A stretch of DNA of 64,000 nucleotides from an uncultured Gemmatimonadales bacterium (GTDB lineage Bacteria; Gemmatimonadota; Gemmatimonadetes; Gemmatimonadales; GWC2-71-9), in the NCBI GenBank assembly GCA_963795085.1, contig CAWCFX010000004.1, positions 128,001 through 192,000 on the forward strand, given 5' to 3'. A program made the position numbers and the translations under genes. The notes under the pieces are model-generated. The model searched no databases and was not told where the DNA came from. It worked only from the letters and a program-made list of their open reading frames with translations. This document shows, piece after piece, positions 7,488 to 17,196 of the stretch; the stretch's first letter is position 1, and each line of letters begins with the position of its first letter.

Positions 7488-9371
7488 CTACCGGTACCCC
7501 TTGGCCTGGAGCGCGAACAGCTCCGCGTACAGGCCCCCCTGGTGGAGCAGCTGCTCGTGGGTGCCCTGCTCCACCATCGTTCCCCCTTGGAGCACCAGGA
7601 TCCGGTTGGCCATCCGCACCGTGCTGAACCGGTGCGAGATCAGCACCGCCATTTTCCCCGCGGTCAGCTCGGAGAACCGCAGGAACACCTCGTATTCGGC
7701 CCGGGCATCGAGCGCCGCCGTCGGTTCGTCGAGAATCAGCAGCTGCGCTTCGCGCAGGTAGGCGCGTGCCAGCGCCACCTTCTGCCATTCGCCGCCGGAC
7801 AGGTCCACCCCGCCCTCAAAGCGCCGACCCAGCATCTGGTTCATTCCGCCCTCCAGCCGCGCAATCACCGGGGTGGCCAGGCTCCGGTCCGCGGCGGTGG
7901 CGATCGCGGGATCGTTCTCCAGTTCGCTGATATCGCCGACCGCGATGTTTTCCCGGGCGTTCAGGTCGTAGCGGACGAAATCCTGGAAGATCACGCCCAC
8001 GTTGCGGCGGAGGCTCTCCACGTCATAGTCCCGGAGATCCACGCCGTCCAGGAGAATCCGGCCTTCGGTCGGGTCATAGAGCCGGGCCAGCAGCTTGACC
8101 AGGGTGGTCTTGCCGGCCCCGTTCTCTCCCACCAGCGCCAGCCGCTCCCCTGCCGTGAGGGTGAACGACAGATTCCGCACCGCCCAGGTGTCGCCGTTGG
8201 GGTAGCGAAAGCCGACCCGGTCGAAGACGAAACCCTCCCGGATCGGCAGGGGGACCGGCCTGGCGCCGGCGGCCGAAGCGATCCGGGGTTTGAGGGTGAA
8301 GAAGCTGAACAGGTCGTCGAGGTAGAGGCTCTGCTCGTAGATCTGGGTCAGCGAGAGGAGCACCCGCTGAATCAGGTCCCGGCTCTGCCGGAAGGACGCG
8401 GCGAGAAACGTGAGGACGCCGATAGTAAACAAGCCGGCCGGCGACTGGTATCCGACGATGGTCAGGTAAACGATGACGCCGTACGCGCCATAGTATCCCA
8501 GCGTCCCCACGACGGCGAGCAGTCCGGACACCAGGCTGCGCCGCACGGCCAGGCTCTTGTTGGCCCGGTAGAAATCATCCGACAGCCGGGCGTACCGCTC
8601 CACCAGGAACGGCGACAGCCCGAACAGCTTGATCTCCTTGGCGGTGACATCACTGGCTCCGGCATAGCGGAGGTAATCCAGCAGGCGCCGCTGCGGTGTC
8701 CAGGAGTAAAGCAGCGAATAGCCCAGGGAAGCGAAGTGGCTCTCCCCCAGGAAGGACGGGATCACCGAGACGGCCAGCAGCAGCAACAGCCAGGGCACGT
8801 ACACCAGCAGCGCCAGCGACAGGGAGACGAGCGTGATGAGATCCTGCACGGTGGCGAGCAACTGGGTAAACAACCCGATGCGCCCCACGGTCTGCCGCCG
8901 GGCACGCTCCAGCCGGTCGTAGGTTTCCGCATCTTCAAATTGCTCCAGGTCCAGGCTCGCGGCATGCTCCATGAGCTGGACGCTGGTCCGGTTGGCGAAG
9001 AGATCGCCCAGCAGGCTTTCATACAGCGTGCTGAGCCGGGCCAGCGCCTCCCCTCCAATCGCGATGGCGAGTTCGACCCCGACCAGCAGTGCCAGATAGT
9101 TCCAGTCCACCACGGTGCCGGCCTGGGTGCGTTCGATGGAATCCACGACCCCGTCGATGATCAGCTTTCCGATCCACAATACCACGATGGGAATGGCGGC
9201 CCGGAAGCCCCGAAGCACCATGATGGCCAGGGTGTATCCGCGATGGGTTTCCCACACCAGTTGGAAGAGTCGCGGCAGGTGCCGGAGCGCCTGCAGCCGG
9301 TCCCGCCAGGGCTTGGGGCCCTCGTCGAGACCACGGCCGGCGGGAACGAAGAGCGGGCGTGGGGGTGCCAT
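7488..9371 (-). CDS. ABC exporter, fused TMD-ATPase
   Basis: N-terminal TM helices; GENGAGKT, LSGGEWQ, LILDEPT, ISHR. Confidence 0.92.
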   Translation of the reverse strand: MAPPRPLFVPAGRGLDEGPKPWRDRLQALRHLPRLFQLVWETHRGYTLAIMVLRGFRAAIPIVVLWIGKLIIDGVVDSIERTQAGTVVDWNYLALLVGVELAIAIGGEALARLSTLYESLLGDLFANRTSVQLMEHAASLDLEQFEDAETYDRLERARRQTVGRIGLFTQLLATVQDLITLVSLSLALLVYVPWLLLLLAVSVIPSFLGESHFASLGYSLLYSWTPQRRLLDYLRYAGASDVTAKEIKLFGLSPFLVERYARLSDDFYRANKSLAVRRSLVSGLLAVVGTLGYYGAYGVIVYLTIVGYQSPAGLFTIGVLTFLAASFRQSRDLIQRVLLSLTQIYEQSLYLDDLFSFFTLKPRIASAAGARPVPLPIREGFVFDRVGFRYPNGDTWAVRNLSFTLTAGERLALVGENGAGKTTLVKLLARLYDPTEGRILLDGVDLRDYDVESLRRNVGVIFQDFVRYDLNARENIAVGDISELENDPAIATAADRSLATPVIARLEGGMNQMLGRRFEGGVDLSGGEWQKVALARAYLREAQLLILDEPTAALDARAEYEVFLRFSELTAGKMAVLISHRFSTVRMANRILVLQGGTMVEQGTHEQLLHQGGLYAELFALQAKGYR

Positions 9372-9417
9372 GGTCAAAAAGGTAAGCGGATCACGGCAAA
9401 CTGCTTACTTTCCCGGT

Positions 9418-10119
9418 ATGAAAACGGCACTGGTCACCGGGGGAACCGAGGGAATTGGTCGGGCGATCGCGTTCGCGCTGGGCCGCGCCGGCTATCGGGT
9501 GGGGGTCTGCGCCCGGACCGCATCCAGGGTGAAGGAAACCGTGGCGGCATTGGAGGCCGCCGGGTACCCGGCGGCCGGTGCCGCGGCGGATGTCGGCAAC
9601 CCGGCCGACATAGCAGCCGCGATCACCGGCATGGTCGAACAGCTGGGCCCCGTGGATGTCCTCGTCAACAACGCGGGCGTGGGGATCATCAAGCCGTTCG
9701 ACGAACTCAGCCTGGAGGACTGGGACCGTACCATGACCACCAACCTCCGGAGTCTGTACCTGGTAACCCGGCAGGTGCTGCCCGCGATGCGACAGCGGCG
9801 GGCCGGGACCATCGTGAACATCGCCAGCCTGGCCGGCCGCAACGGGTTCGTCGGCGGCGCCGCGTACTCGGCGTCCAAGCACGCGATGCTGGGCTTCAGC
9901 CAGTCGCTGATGCTGGAAGTCCGCAAGGACAACGTCCGGGTCATCGCCATCTGCCCCGGTTCGGTGGACACCGATATGCTCCAGAGTTCGGAGATGCTGG
10001 CAAAGCCGGCCGCCCGCATCCTCGCCCCAGAGGACGTGGCCGATGTCGTGCTCGCCGCGCTGGCCCTTCCCGAGCGCGCCATGGTCAGCGAACTGGATAT
10101 CCGCCCCACCAATCCCTGA
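9418..10119 (+). CDS. Short-chain dehydrogenase/reductase
   Basis: TGGTEGIG, NNAG, YSASK; start set at MKTALVTG. Confidence 0.92.
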   Translation: MKTALVTGGTEGIGRAIAFALGRAGYRVGVCARTASRVKETVAALEAAGYPAAGAAADVGNPADIAAAITGMVEQLGPVDVLVNNAGVGIIKPFDELSLEDWDRTMTTNLRSLYLVTRQVLPAMRQRRAGTIVNIASLAGRNGFVGGAAYSASKHAMLGFSQSLMLEVRKDNVRVIAICPGSVDTDMLQSSEMLAKPAARILAPEDVADVVLAALALPERAMVSELDIRPTNP

Positions 10120-10326
10120 ATGTCCCTGCTCATTACCATGTGCGTCTGCCAGCGGATGCCCTTCGAGCGGCTGCTGCCGCTGGCCCGGCAGAACCAGTGG
10201 ACCCTCGAGGACATGATGCGGGAGACCCAGTGCGGGGCTGGCTGCGGACTCTGCCGGCCCTATCTCCGGGAGATGCTCCGGACCGGGCAGACCGTGTTCC
10301 GGGAAATCCTGACCGAGCCGGGCTGA
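10120..10326 (+). CDS. Bfd-like [2Fe-2S]-binding protein
   Basis: CxC ... CGAGCGLC, 68 aa. Confidence 0.75.
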   Translation: MSLLITMCVCQRMPFERLLPLARQNQWTLEDMMRETQCGAGCGLCRPYLREMLRTGQTVFREILTEPG

Positions 10327-10381
10327 CCGCCGCGTCCCGCCCCCTTACCGTAGCGGCGAAACCCGGTCAGATTTCACGCCG

Positions 10382-11956
10382 ATGGCTTCCCCCCTCCTCA
10401 ACTCCCGGATCCAGGATGCCCGCGACCGGGTCTTCCGCACCCGGCCCCTGGTGGCAATCGACATCCTCCTTGGATGGGCGAGCGTCTACCTGGTCAGCAG
10501 CGGCCACTGGAGCGGATATCTCCTCGCCCTCGTCACCACCGCGTTGGCCCTCGTCATCATGCGCCGGGGGCAGGTGCTGGCCGAGAAGCAGAAAGAGCGC
10601 TACCGGGTCGCCTACGAGTCGGCCGAAGCCCGCAGCCGGGAACTGGACCGGCTGGCGGCGCTCGCGGCAACCCTGCTCAAGGGCACCGACATCCCCGTCC
10701 TGTTCCGGGAGATCGCCCAGTCGGCCTCCGACCTGCTCCAGGCGGAATCAGGCGTCATTACCCTGGTGGTGGAGGAGGGGCGCTTCCTCAGGATGGTGGC
10801 GGCCACCGGACCGCTGGAGACCGCGGTCGGATCGCTCATCCCGGTGGATAAGTCACTTTCCGGCTGGGTGGTGGCCAATGAGCAGCCCCTGCTCAGCGAG
10901 GACATGGACGCCGATCCCCGCACCTTTACCCTGCCCGAGGTAACCTCCCATCTTCGCACGACGGCGATCGTGCCGCTGCGTTCCGCCGAGGTGGTGATCG
11001 GCACCGTCAGCGTTCACAACCGGCACAACGGGAAATCGTTCGGGGAGCACGATCTCCAGCTGCTTCGCACGCTGGGCGAGCAGGCGGTCATCGGGCTGGA
11101 CCGGGCGCACGTCCTGGAAGAGAGCCGCAAGAGCGAGCGCGCCCTGGCCGCCAAGAACACCGAGCTGCAGCGCGCCACCCAGCTCAAGAACGAGTTCCTG
11201 GCCAACATGTCCCACGAGCTCCGGACCCCGCTCAACTCCATCATCGGCTTTTCCGACCTGATGCTGAGCCAGGCGGTCGGGCCCGTCAATGAGCAGCAAG
11301 AGGATTTTCTCGGGGCCATTCTCCGGAACGGCCGCCACCTGCTGGGCCTGATCAACAGCGTGCTGGACCTGGCCAAGATCGAAGCCGGCAGGATGACCCT
11401 GGACCTGGCGCCTACCGATCTCCGGAACGCCATCAGGCAGGCCGTCGGGGACACCGCGAGCTTGCGGACCGCGAAGCAGCAGGCCTGCACGCTCCAGATG
11501 GACGAGGACACCCCGCTGATCATCCTGGGTGACGACCAGCGGGTTCGCCAGGTCCTCTTCAACCTGCTGTCCAACGCCTCCAAGTTCACCTCCGAGAGCG
11601 GGACCATTTCCCTCTCGGCCATTCGCACCCGGGCGCCGTTACCGGTCCCGTCAGAGCGGACCGGTGAGCAGTCCCGGCTGGTGACCCGGGACGCGGTCTG
11701 GGTGTCCATCGTCGATACCGGGATCGGCATTAAGGCCGAGGACATGTCCAAGCTCTTCCAGGAATTCTCCCAGGTGGATACCTCGGCGAGCCGCCGGGCC
11801 CAGGGCACCGGACTGGGCCTCGCCCTCTGCAAGAAGTTTGTAGAAGCCCACGGCGGCACGATCGGCGCCGACTCCATCTACGGCACCGGGAGCACCTTCT
11901 GGTTCATCCTTCCCGCCGAAGGGCCGGTGCGGCGGTCAACTTCCCTCCCCGCATGA
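10382..11956 (+). CDS. Membrane-anchored GAF sensor histidine kinase
   Basis: Two N-terminal TMs, GAF domain, H-box FLANMSHELRTPLN, N-box NLLSNASKF, DTGIG, GTGLGL. Confidence 0.92.
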   Translation: MASPLLNSRIQDARDRVFRTRPLVAIDILLGWASVYLVSSGHWSGYLLALVTTALALVIMRRGQVLAEKQKERYRVAYESAEARSRELDRLAALAATLLKGTDIPVLFREIAQSASDLLQAESGVITLVVEEGRFLRMVAATGPLETAVGSLIPVDKSLSGWVVANEQPLLSEDMDADPRTFTLPEVTSHLRTTAIVPLRSAEVVIGTVSVHNRHNGKSFGEHDLQLLRTLGEQAVIGLDRAHVLEESRKSERALAAKNTELQRATQLKNEFLANMSHELRTPLNSIIGFSDLMLSQAVGPVNEQQEDFLGAILRNGRHLLGLINSVLDLAKIEAGRMTLDLAPTDLRNAIRQAVGDTASLRTAKQQACTLQMDEDTPLIILGDDQRVRQVLFNLLSNASKFTSESGTISLSAIRTRAPLPVPSERTGEQSRLVTRDAVWVSIVDTGIGIKAEDMSKLFQEFSQVDTSASRRAQGTGLGLALCKKFVEAHGGTIGADSIYGTGSTFWFILPAEGPVRRSTSLPA

Positions 11957-11957
11957 A

Positions 11958-11993
11958 GAAGCCCCGCGAGGGCTGGCGCCTTCGCGGGGCTTC
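11958..11993. terminator. Hairpin terminator between convergent genes
   Basis: GAAGCCCCGCGA...TCGCGGGGCTTC 12-bp stem. Confidence 0.7.
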
Positions 11994-12008
11994 GTCGAGC
12001 CGGCGGGC

Positions 12009-13598
12009 TCAGCGGTTCCGAGCCAGGTTCAGCGTGTAGGCGCCCATTCCCTTGCTGAACAGCGAATTGGCACGGATCACATACTCTCCATCGCTTTCCA
12101 GCTGGTACTCCAGCTTGGAATCGGTGCCGCCAGCTCCGTCGTCGTCGCTTTCGATCTGGCTAAACGCCTCTCCCTCCAGCCGCCCCAGCGCGACGTAGGT
12201 GTCGAACGCCCCGGATTTCATCGTGATCACGATCCGCTCTCCGCTCCGGCCGGTGAACTTCCACAGGTCGTAATGCGAGTCGTCGTCCATCTGGGGATCC
12301 GACGCGCTCAGCTCGCCGGTCACCGTCTGGCCGTAGCGGATCGCCCCCACCGAGAGCGGGGCCAGCGGCGGAGCCTCGCCGGTTTCCAGCCGGATGGTGT
12401 AGGGGCCGGTCACGCTGGCAAACAGCGAATTGGCCCGGATCACGAAAGTGCCGTCCCGGGGGATCCGATACACGACCTGGGCGTCGTCGTTGCCGCCGGA
12501 ATCGTCATCGCTTTCCAGCGCGCTGAAGCTCCCCCCCTCGACCCGGCCGACCGCAAGGTAGGAGTCGAAGGCGGTGGAGCGCATGGTGACCGTCACCTGC
12601 TGGCCCCGGCGGCCGGTGAAGGAGAAAAGGTCATAGCGGGAGTTATCGTCCATCCGGGGATCCGATTCGGCCAGCTCGCCGTTGAGCGTCTGGCCGGCCC
12701 GGATGATGACCGGCTCCGGCAGCGGGTCCGCGGGACCGTCGTCGTCGTCGTGGTCCTGGTCTTCGACGGCCACCTCGCCGGGGTCCCCGGCCTCGAGCAG
12801 CAGAGTATAGTCGCCGGTTTCCCCTTCGGAGAGGGAGTTCACCCGTACCACGTACTCGCCATCGCTGCCCAGGGTCACCGTGAGCCGGGCATCGCTGCCG
12901 CCGGCGCCGTCGTCGTCACTGCCGAGGGCGAGGTAATCGTCCCCATTCATCTGCCCGATCGACACGTAGGCGTCGAAATCTTCGGAGCGCAAAATCGCCC
13001 TGATGGTTTCTCCCGCCTGCCCCTGGTAGGTCCACAGGTCGTAGTGGGAATCGTCGTCCAGGAGGGGATCCGAATCGCTCAGCTCTCCGCTTACTCTGGT
13101 GCCCAGCTGTAACCGGCCCAGGGAGACCGCCGGAGTGCTGACCGGTCCGTCCTCGACCAGGAGGTTATAGGCGCCGGCCTCGCCGGCGCCCAGGGAATTG
13201 ACCCGGATGTGATAGACGCCGGATTCCTCGATGGTCATCCGGACCTGGGCGTCGGTACCGCCGGCTCCGTCGTCATCGGTTTCCATGCTGCTGAACTCAT
13301 CGCCATCCATGGTGCCTACAGTCAGGTAGGCATCGAAATCCGACGAACGCAGGGTGATCCGCAGCCGCTCGCCAGCCTGGGCCTGGTAGGTCCACACGTC
13401 GTAGTGGGAATCGTCGTCCAGGGTGGGATCGGACGCGCTGAGGGTCCCTCGACCGGCTTGACCCTTGGTGAGCTGGCCCTGGGCATACGCCGGATGGAGC
13501 AGGCCGGAGAAAGCGTTCAGGGCCAGGACCGCCGTCAGGAACCCTGCGGCCCGGGCGGACCTGCTGATCATGCTGGAGTTACGGCGCTGGGAGTCCAT
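12009..13598 (-). CDS. Secreted protein of four tandem PPC (pre-peptidase C-terminal) domains
   Basis: Signal peptide (PAYA-Q); four repeats of LSASDPxxDDDSHYD...FDxY...DDDGAGGxDA...IRxNSL. Confidence 0.8.
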   Translation of the reverse strand: MDSQRRNSSMISRSARAAGFLTAVLALNAFSGLLHPAYAQGQLTKGQAGRGTLSASDPTLDDDSHYDVWTYQAQAGERLRITLRSSDFDAYLTVGTMDGDEFSSMETDDDGAGGTDAQVRMTIEESGVYHIRVNSLGAGEAGAYNLLVEDGPVSTPAVSLGRLQLGTRVSGELSDSDPLLDDDSHYDLWTYQGQAGETIRAILRSEDFDAYVSIGQMNGDDYLALGSDDDGAGGSDARLTVTLGSDGEYVVRVNSLSEGETGDYTLLLEAGDPGEVAVEDQDHDDDDGPADPLPEPVIIRAGQTLNGELAESDPRMDDNSRYDLFSFTGRRGQQVTVTMRSTAFDSYLAVGRVEGGSFSALESDDDSGGNDDAQVVYRIPRDGTFVIRANSLFASVTGPYTIRLETGEAPPLAPLSVGAIRYGQTVTGELSASDPQMDDDSHYDLWKFTGRSGERIVITMKSGAFDTYVALGRLEGEAFSQIESDDDGAGGTDSKLEYQLESDGEYVIRANSLFSKGMGAYTLNLARNR

Positions 13599-13683
13599 CG
13601 TGACGTTCCTGGCCGCTGGGGCCGGTGAAGATGGTTTGGCTGCAAGCGCCGAAATGTTGGGGCCGAGCCGTTACGGCGCAAGC

Positions 13684-14661
13684 CTAGGCTAACGCGGCCA
13701 GCGATCGGCGCACGAACACGGGGACCATGTCCTTGCGCCAACCGATGGTGAAATCGGTGTTGTCCAGGGGCTTCGCGGGCCGGGAGGCTGCCCGCGCCAC
13801 GGCATCCAGAACCTCGTCGGTCAGGTGCTGGCCGCGGGCCGCGGCGGCCCCCTCTTCGCTAACCTTGGGAAATGACCCAACCGCCCCCAGCACGATCCGG
13901 ATGTCATCCACTACCCCTTCGGCGCCCAACCGAACCCAGGTCGCCACCCCCAGCACCGGAAAGTCAAACGCGCCCCGCCGCCGCAACTTGAGGTAGTTGG
14001 CCCGGGCCCCGTCCAGCGGCGGCACCTCGATCGTGACCAGCAACTCGTCCGGCTGCTTGGTCAGGAACTGGATGCCGTCGTCATGGTAGAAGGCGGCGGC
14101 GGGCACCACCCGCTCTCCCGCCGGGCCGGCCAGCCGCAGGTGGGCTCCCAGAGCGACCATCACCGGCGCGAGATCGCTCGATTGCACCGCCCAGCAGCGC
14201 GGACTCGACGGGGCGACCCAGCAGATCTTGCCGTCCTTCTTCATGCAGAAGTCGATCGCCTTTCGCCACTCGTAGTTCTGGTCGTAATAGTTGCAGCGGG
14301 TATCGAGCAGCAGGTTGCCGCCCACCGTGCCCATGTTCTGCAGGATGGGCGTCGAGATTTCGGCCGCCGCCTGGCCCAGCACCGGCCACTGTTTGCGGAC
14401 CTGGGGATCCCGGATCAACCGGGTCAGCGATACCCCGGCACCGATCCGAAGCACCCCGTCCGAACCGGCCCGAATCTCGCCCAGCGCGCCGATGCCCCGG
14501 ATATCGATGACCACCGAGGGCGTCTGCTGCCGGCGCTTCATGTTGGGATAGAGATCGGTACCCCCCGCCACGTAGGCGGAGGAGGGATGGGCGCGCTTGA
14601 ACTCGACCGCCTCATCGATGGAGCGGGCGAACATGGCCTGGAATACGGGCAGTCTCAACAT
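13684..14661 (-). CDS. Molybdoenzyme FAD-binding subunit with [4Fe-4S] insert (HcrB-like)
   Basis: AGGTDL, NMGTVGGNL; four-Cys insert RCNYYDQ...FCMKKDGKICWVAPSSPRC. Confidence 0.88.
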   Translation of the reverse strand: MLRLPVFQAMFARSIDEAVEFKRAHPSSAYVAGGTDLYPNMKRRQQTPSVVIDIRGIGALGEIRAGSDGVLRIGAGVSLTRLIRDPQVRKQWPVLGQAAAEISTPILQNMGTVGGNLLLDTRCNYYDQNYEWRKAIDFCMKKDGKICWVAPSSPRCWAVQSSDLAPVMVALGAHLRLAGPAGERVVPAAAFYHDDGIQFLTKQPDELLVTIEVPPLDGARANYLKLRRRGAFDFPVLGVATWVRLGAEGVVDDIRIVLGAVGSFPKVSEEGAAAARGQHLTDEVLDAVARAASRPAKPLDNTDFTIGWRKDMVPVFVRRSLAALA

Positions 14662-14697
14662 GGCATCGGCATCCGCAGGGGCTTCGTCATGGGGGAA

Positions 14698-17196
14698 TCA
14701 GCCGCGCACCGGGCGTGGGTGGGCCTTGCCGTCCCCTCCCTCGGCCAGCGTCGGTACGTAGGTCACCTCCGGCCACGGCACCGACGGCACCGCGCCCGGG
14801 CCGAAGCGGGCATCCTTGCCCGCCGCCTTGGCCTGGATCGCCTTGAGCACCTTGGGCGGGCTCATCGGGACTTCGTCCACCCGGACGCCCACCGCGTCGT
14901 AGATGGCGTTGGCCACCGCCGGCATGACCGGCAGAAGGGGGCCCTGCCCCGCTTCCTTGCCCCCGAACGGGCCGTTGGGGTCGGGATCCTCGATGAGGTA
15001 GGTGATGACGTCGCACATTTCATGGGTGGTAGGGCTCTTGTACTCGAGCATCGACGGCCACTTGTGGACCACATTCCGGTTCTCCCGGTAGGCCATCTCT
15101 TCCATCAGCGCTTCGCCGAGCCCCATGTACACGCCACCCTCCACCTGGCCCATCACCAGCGCGGGGTTGATGCACTGGCCGATGTCATGCCCGATCCAGA
15201 TCGTGGGCACCCGCACGATGCCGGTCTCCGGATCCACCTCGACCTCGGCCACGCAGGCGGAATAGCTGTAGGCGGCCGAGGGCCCCACCCCGGCACCGCG
15301 ATACCGGCCCGGCGAGCGCGGCGGCGTATAACTCCCCACGGTGCCGATGGTGCCGAGGGACGACTCGGCCGCCACCACCGCCTCGGCGAATCGGAGCCCC
15401 CGGTCCGGGTCCTGCGCATCGAACACCCGCCCCCCGCCGAAAACGATGCGGTCAGCGGGGACGTCCAGCTTCGCTGCCACCGGGCCCGTCAGCATGCCAC
15501 GCACCCGTTCTGCAGCCTGGATGGCGGCCTGCCCGGTCATCAGGGTAACGCGCGAGGAATAGCTGCCCAGGTCAACCGGAGTAAGGTCGGTATCGGCGGT
15601 GATGACACGAATGTCGCCGGGCTCGATACCCAGCACTTCCGCGACGATATAGGCGAGAATGGAATCGGAGCCCTGGCCGATGTCGGTGGAGCCGCAGAAC
15701 ACGGTGACCCCGCCGCCCCGGTCGCACTTGAGCTGGACCCCGGAATGAGGCATGTCATTCCAGTAGATCGGGAGACCCGCCCCCGTGATGTAGGAGGAAC
15801 ACGCCACCCCCAGCCCCCGGCCGTACGGCAGTTTCCGGAAACGTTCCTTCCAGCGGCTGCCTTCGACCACCTTTTCGATGCAGGGCCCCAGCCCCATAGA
15901 GCCGATCTTCAGGTAGTTGGCGGTGGTGGCGCCTGCCCGCACCAGGTGCCGCAGCCGCATCTCCGCGGGATCGAGGTCCAGCTGCTCGGCGATCTTGTCC
16001 AGCTGCACCTCCACCGCAAAGCGCGGCTGGGGCGTGCCATGCCCGCGCTTGGGTCCGCAGGGGGGCTTGTTGGTGAAGGCCCGGGCGCCCCGGAAGCGAT
16101 AAACCGGGACATCGTAGGTTACCGTCTGCAGGGCGCCCGTGTAGTACGTGCTGGCGACCCCGTAGGAGCCGTAGGCGCCCCCATCCAGGAAGGACTCGAA
16201 GTCCATGGCGGTGATGGCCCCGTCCCGGGTAACGCCGGTGCGAATTCTCATCAGCGCCTGATGCCGGCCGCGATGACAATAGAAGACCTCCTCCCGGGTC
16301 AGGCAGATCTTCACCGGACGGCCGGTGAGGAGGGAGAGCTTGGCCACCACCATTTCGTGGCTGAACGGGTCGCTCTTGCCGCCGAAGCCGCCGCCATTGG
16401 GCGTTGCAATCACCCGGATCCGGCTGGGCGGCATCTCCAGCACCTTGGACAGCGCCCGGTGGACATAGTGGGGGGTCTGGGTGCTGGACCAGAGGGTCAC
16501 CCTGCCATCGGGGGTGGCATGGGCCAGCGCGGCGTGCTGCTCCATCGGCAGGTGGGTGTTGCCTTCGTAAAAGCAGATGTCCTCTCGCACCAGGTCGGCG
16601 CGGGCGAACCCCGCGTCCAGGTCGCCAAACTCCAGGTGAACCAGCTTGTGGAAGTTTCCCGAATCGGCGTAGCCATGCAACTGCGGCGTCGAGTGCTCGG
16701 CCGCGTCGGCCACCGAGCGAATCGCGCGCAGCGGCTGGTACGACACCTCGATCAGCTCGGCGGCGGCGGCGGCGGTGTCCTCGTCCACTGCGGCGACCGC
16801 GGCCACCGGGTCGCCGATGAACCGGACTACTTCGCGGCAGAGCGCCTCTTCGTCCTGGCTCACGGGAAGGATGCCGAACTGGATCGGCAGATCCTCCCCG
16901 GTGATTACGGCGTGCACCCCGGGCAGAGCCCGGGCCCGGCTGGTGTCGATGGACACAATGCGGGCATGCGGATGCGGGCTCCGCAGCACCTTGCACCAGA
17001 GCATTCGCGGCAGGACCATGTCGTCCGCGAAGAGAGTCTGGCCGGTGCACTTCGCATGGGCATCGACCTTGGGGCGCGCCGTTCCTATGACATCAAAGGG
17101 CGGACCGTCAGACCGGCTGACCGAAGGGCGGTGACCCGGGGATGTCTGGGGCGCCGGCCCGCCCGTCCGGCCGTCCGGCCGTCCTTCAATAGCCAT
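14698..17196 (-). CDS. Xanthine-dehydrogenase-family molybdopterin-binding subunit (HcrA-like)
   Basis: GGGFGGK, RGHGTPQ, GQGS, GSYSSRVT, GQVEGG; start placed at MAIEG (17196), overlapping the 2Fe-2S gene stop. Confidence 0.9.
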   Translation of the reverse strand: MAIEGRPDGRTGGPAPQTSPGHRPSVSRSDGPPFDVIGTARPKVDAHAKCTGQTLFADDMVLPRMLWCKVLRSPHPHARIVSIDTSRARALPGVHAVITGEDLPIQFGILPVSQDEEALCREVVRFIGDPVAAVAAVDEDTAAAAAELIEVSYQPLRAIRSVADAAEHSTPQLHGYADSGNFHKLVHLEFGDLDAGFARADLVREDICFYEGNTHLPMEQHAALAHATPDGRVTLWSSTQTPHYVHRALSKVLEMPPSRIRVIATPNGGGFGGKSDPFSHEMVVAKLSLLTGRPVKICLTREEVFYCHRGRHQALMRIRTGVTRDGAITAMDFESFLDGGAYGSYGVASTYYTGALQTVTYDVPVYRFRGARAFTNKPPCGPKRGHGTPQPRFAVEVQLDKIAEQLDLDPAEMRLRHLVRAGATTANYLKIGSMGLGPCIEKVVEGSRWKERFRKLPYGRGLGVACSSYITGAGLPIYWNDMPHSGVQLKCDRGGGVTVFCGSTDIGQGSDSILAYIVAEVLGIEPGDIRVITADTDLTPVDLGSYSSRVTLMTGQAAIQAAERVRGMLTGPVAAKLDVPADRIVFGGGRVFDAQDPDRGLRFAEAVVAAESSLGTIGTVGSYTPPRSPGRYRGAGVGPSAAYSYSACVAEVEVDPETGIVRVPTIWIGHDIGQCINPALVMGQVEGGVYMGLGEALMEEMAYRENRNVVHKWPSMLEYKSPTTHEMCDVITYLIEDPDPNGPFGGKEAGQGPLLPVMPAVANAIYDAVGVRVDEVPMSPPKVLKAIQAKAAGKDARFGPGAVPSVPWPEVTYVPTLAEGGDGKAHPRPVRG

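Noticed and set aside
7413..10943. 1176-aa + strand ORF
   Set aside because: Shadow frame, antisense to the ABC exporter and out of frame with the SDR, Bfd and kinase genes; no motifs.
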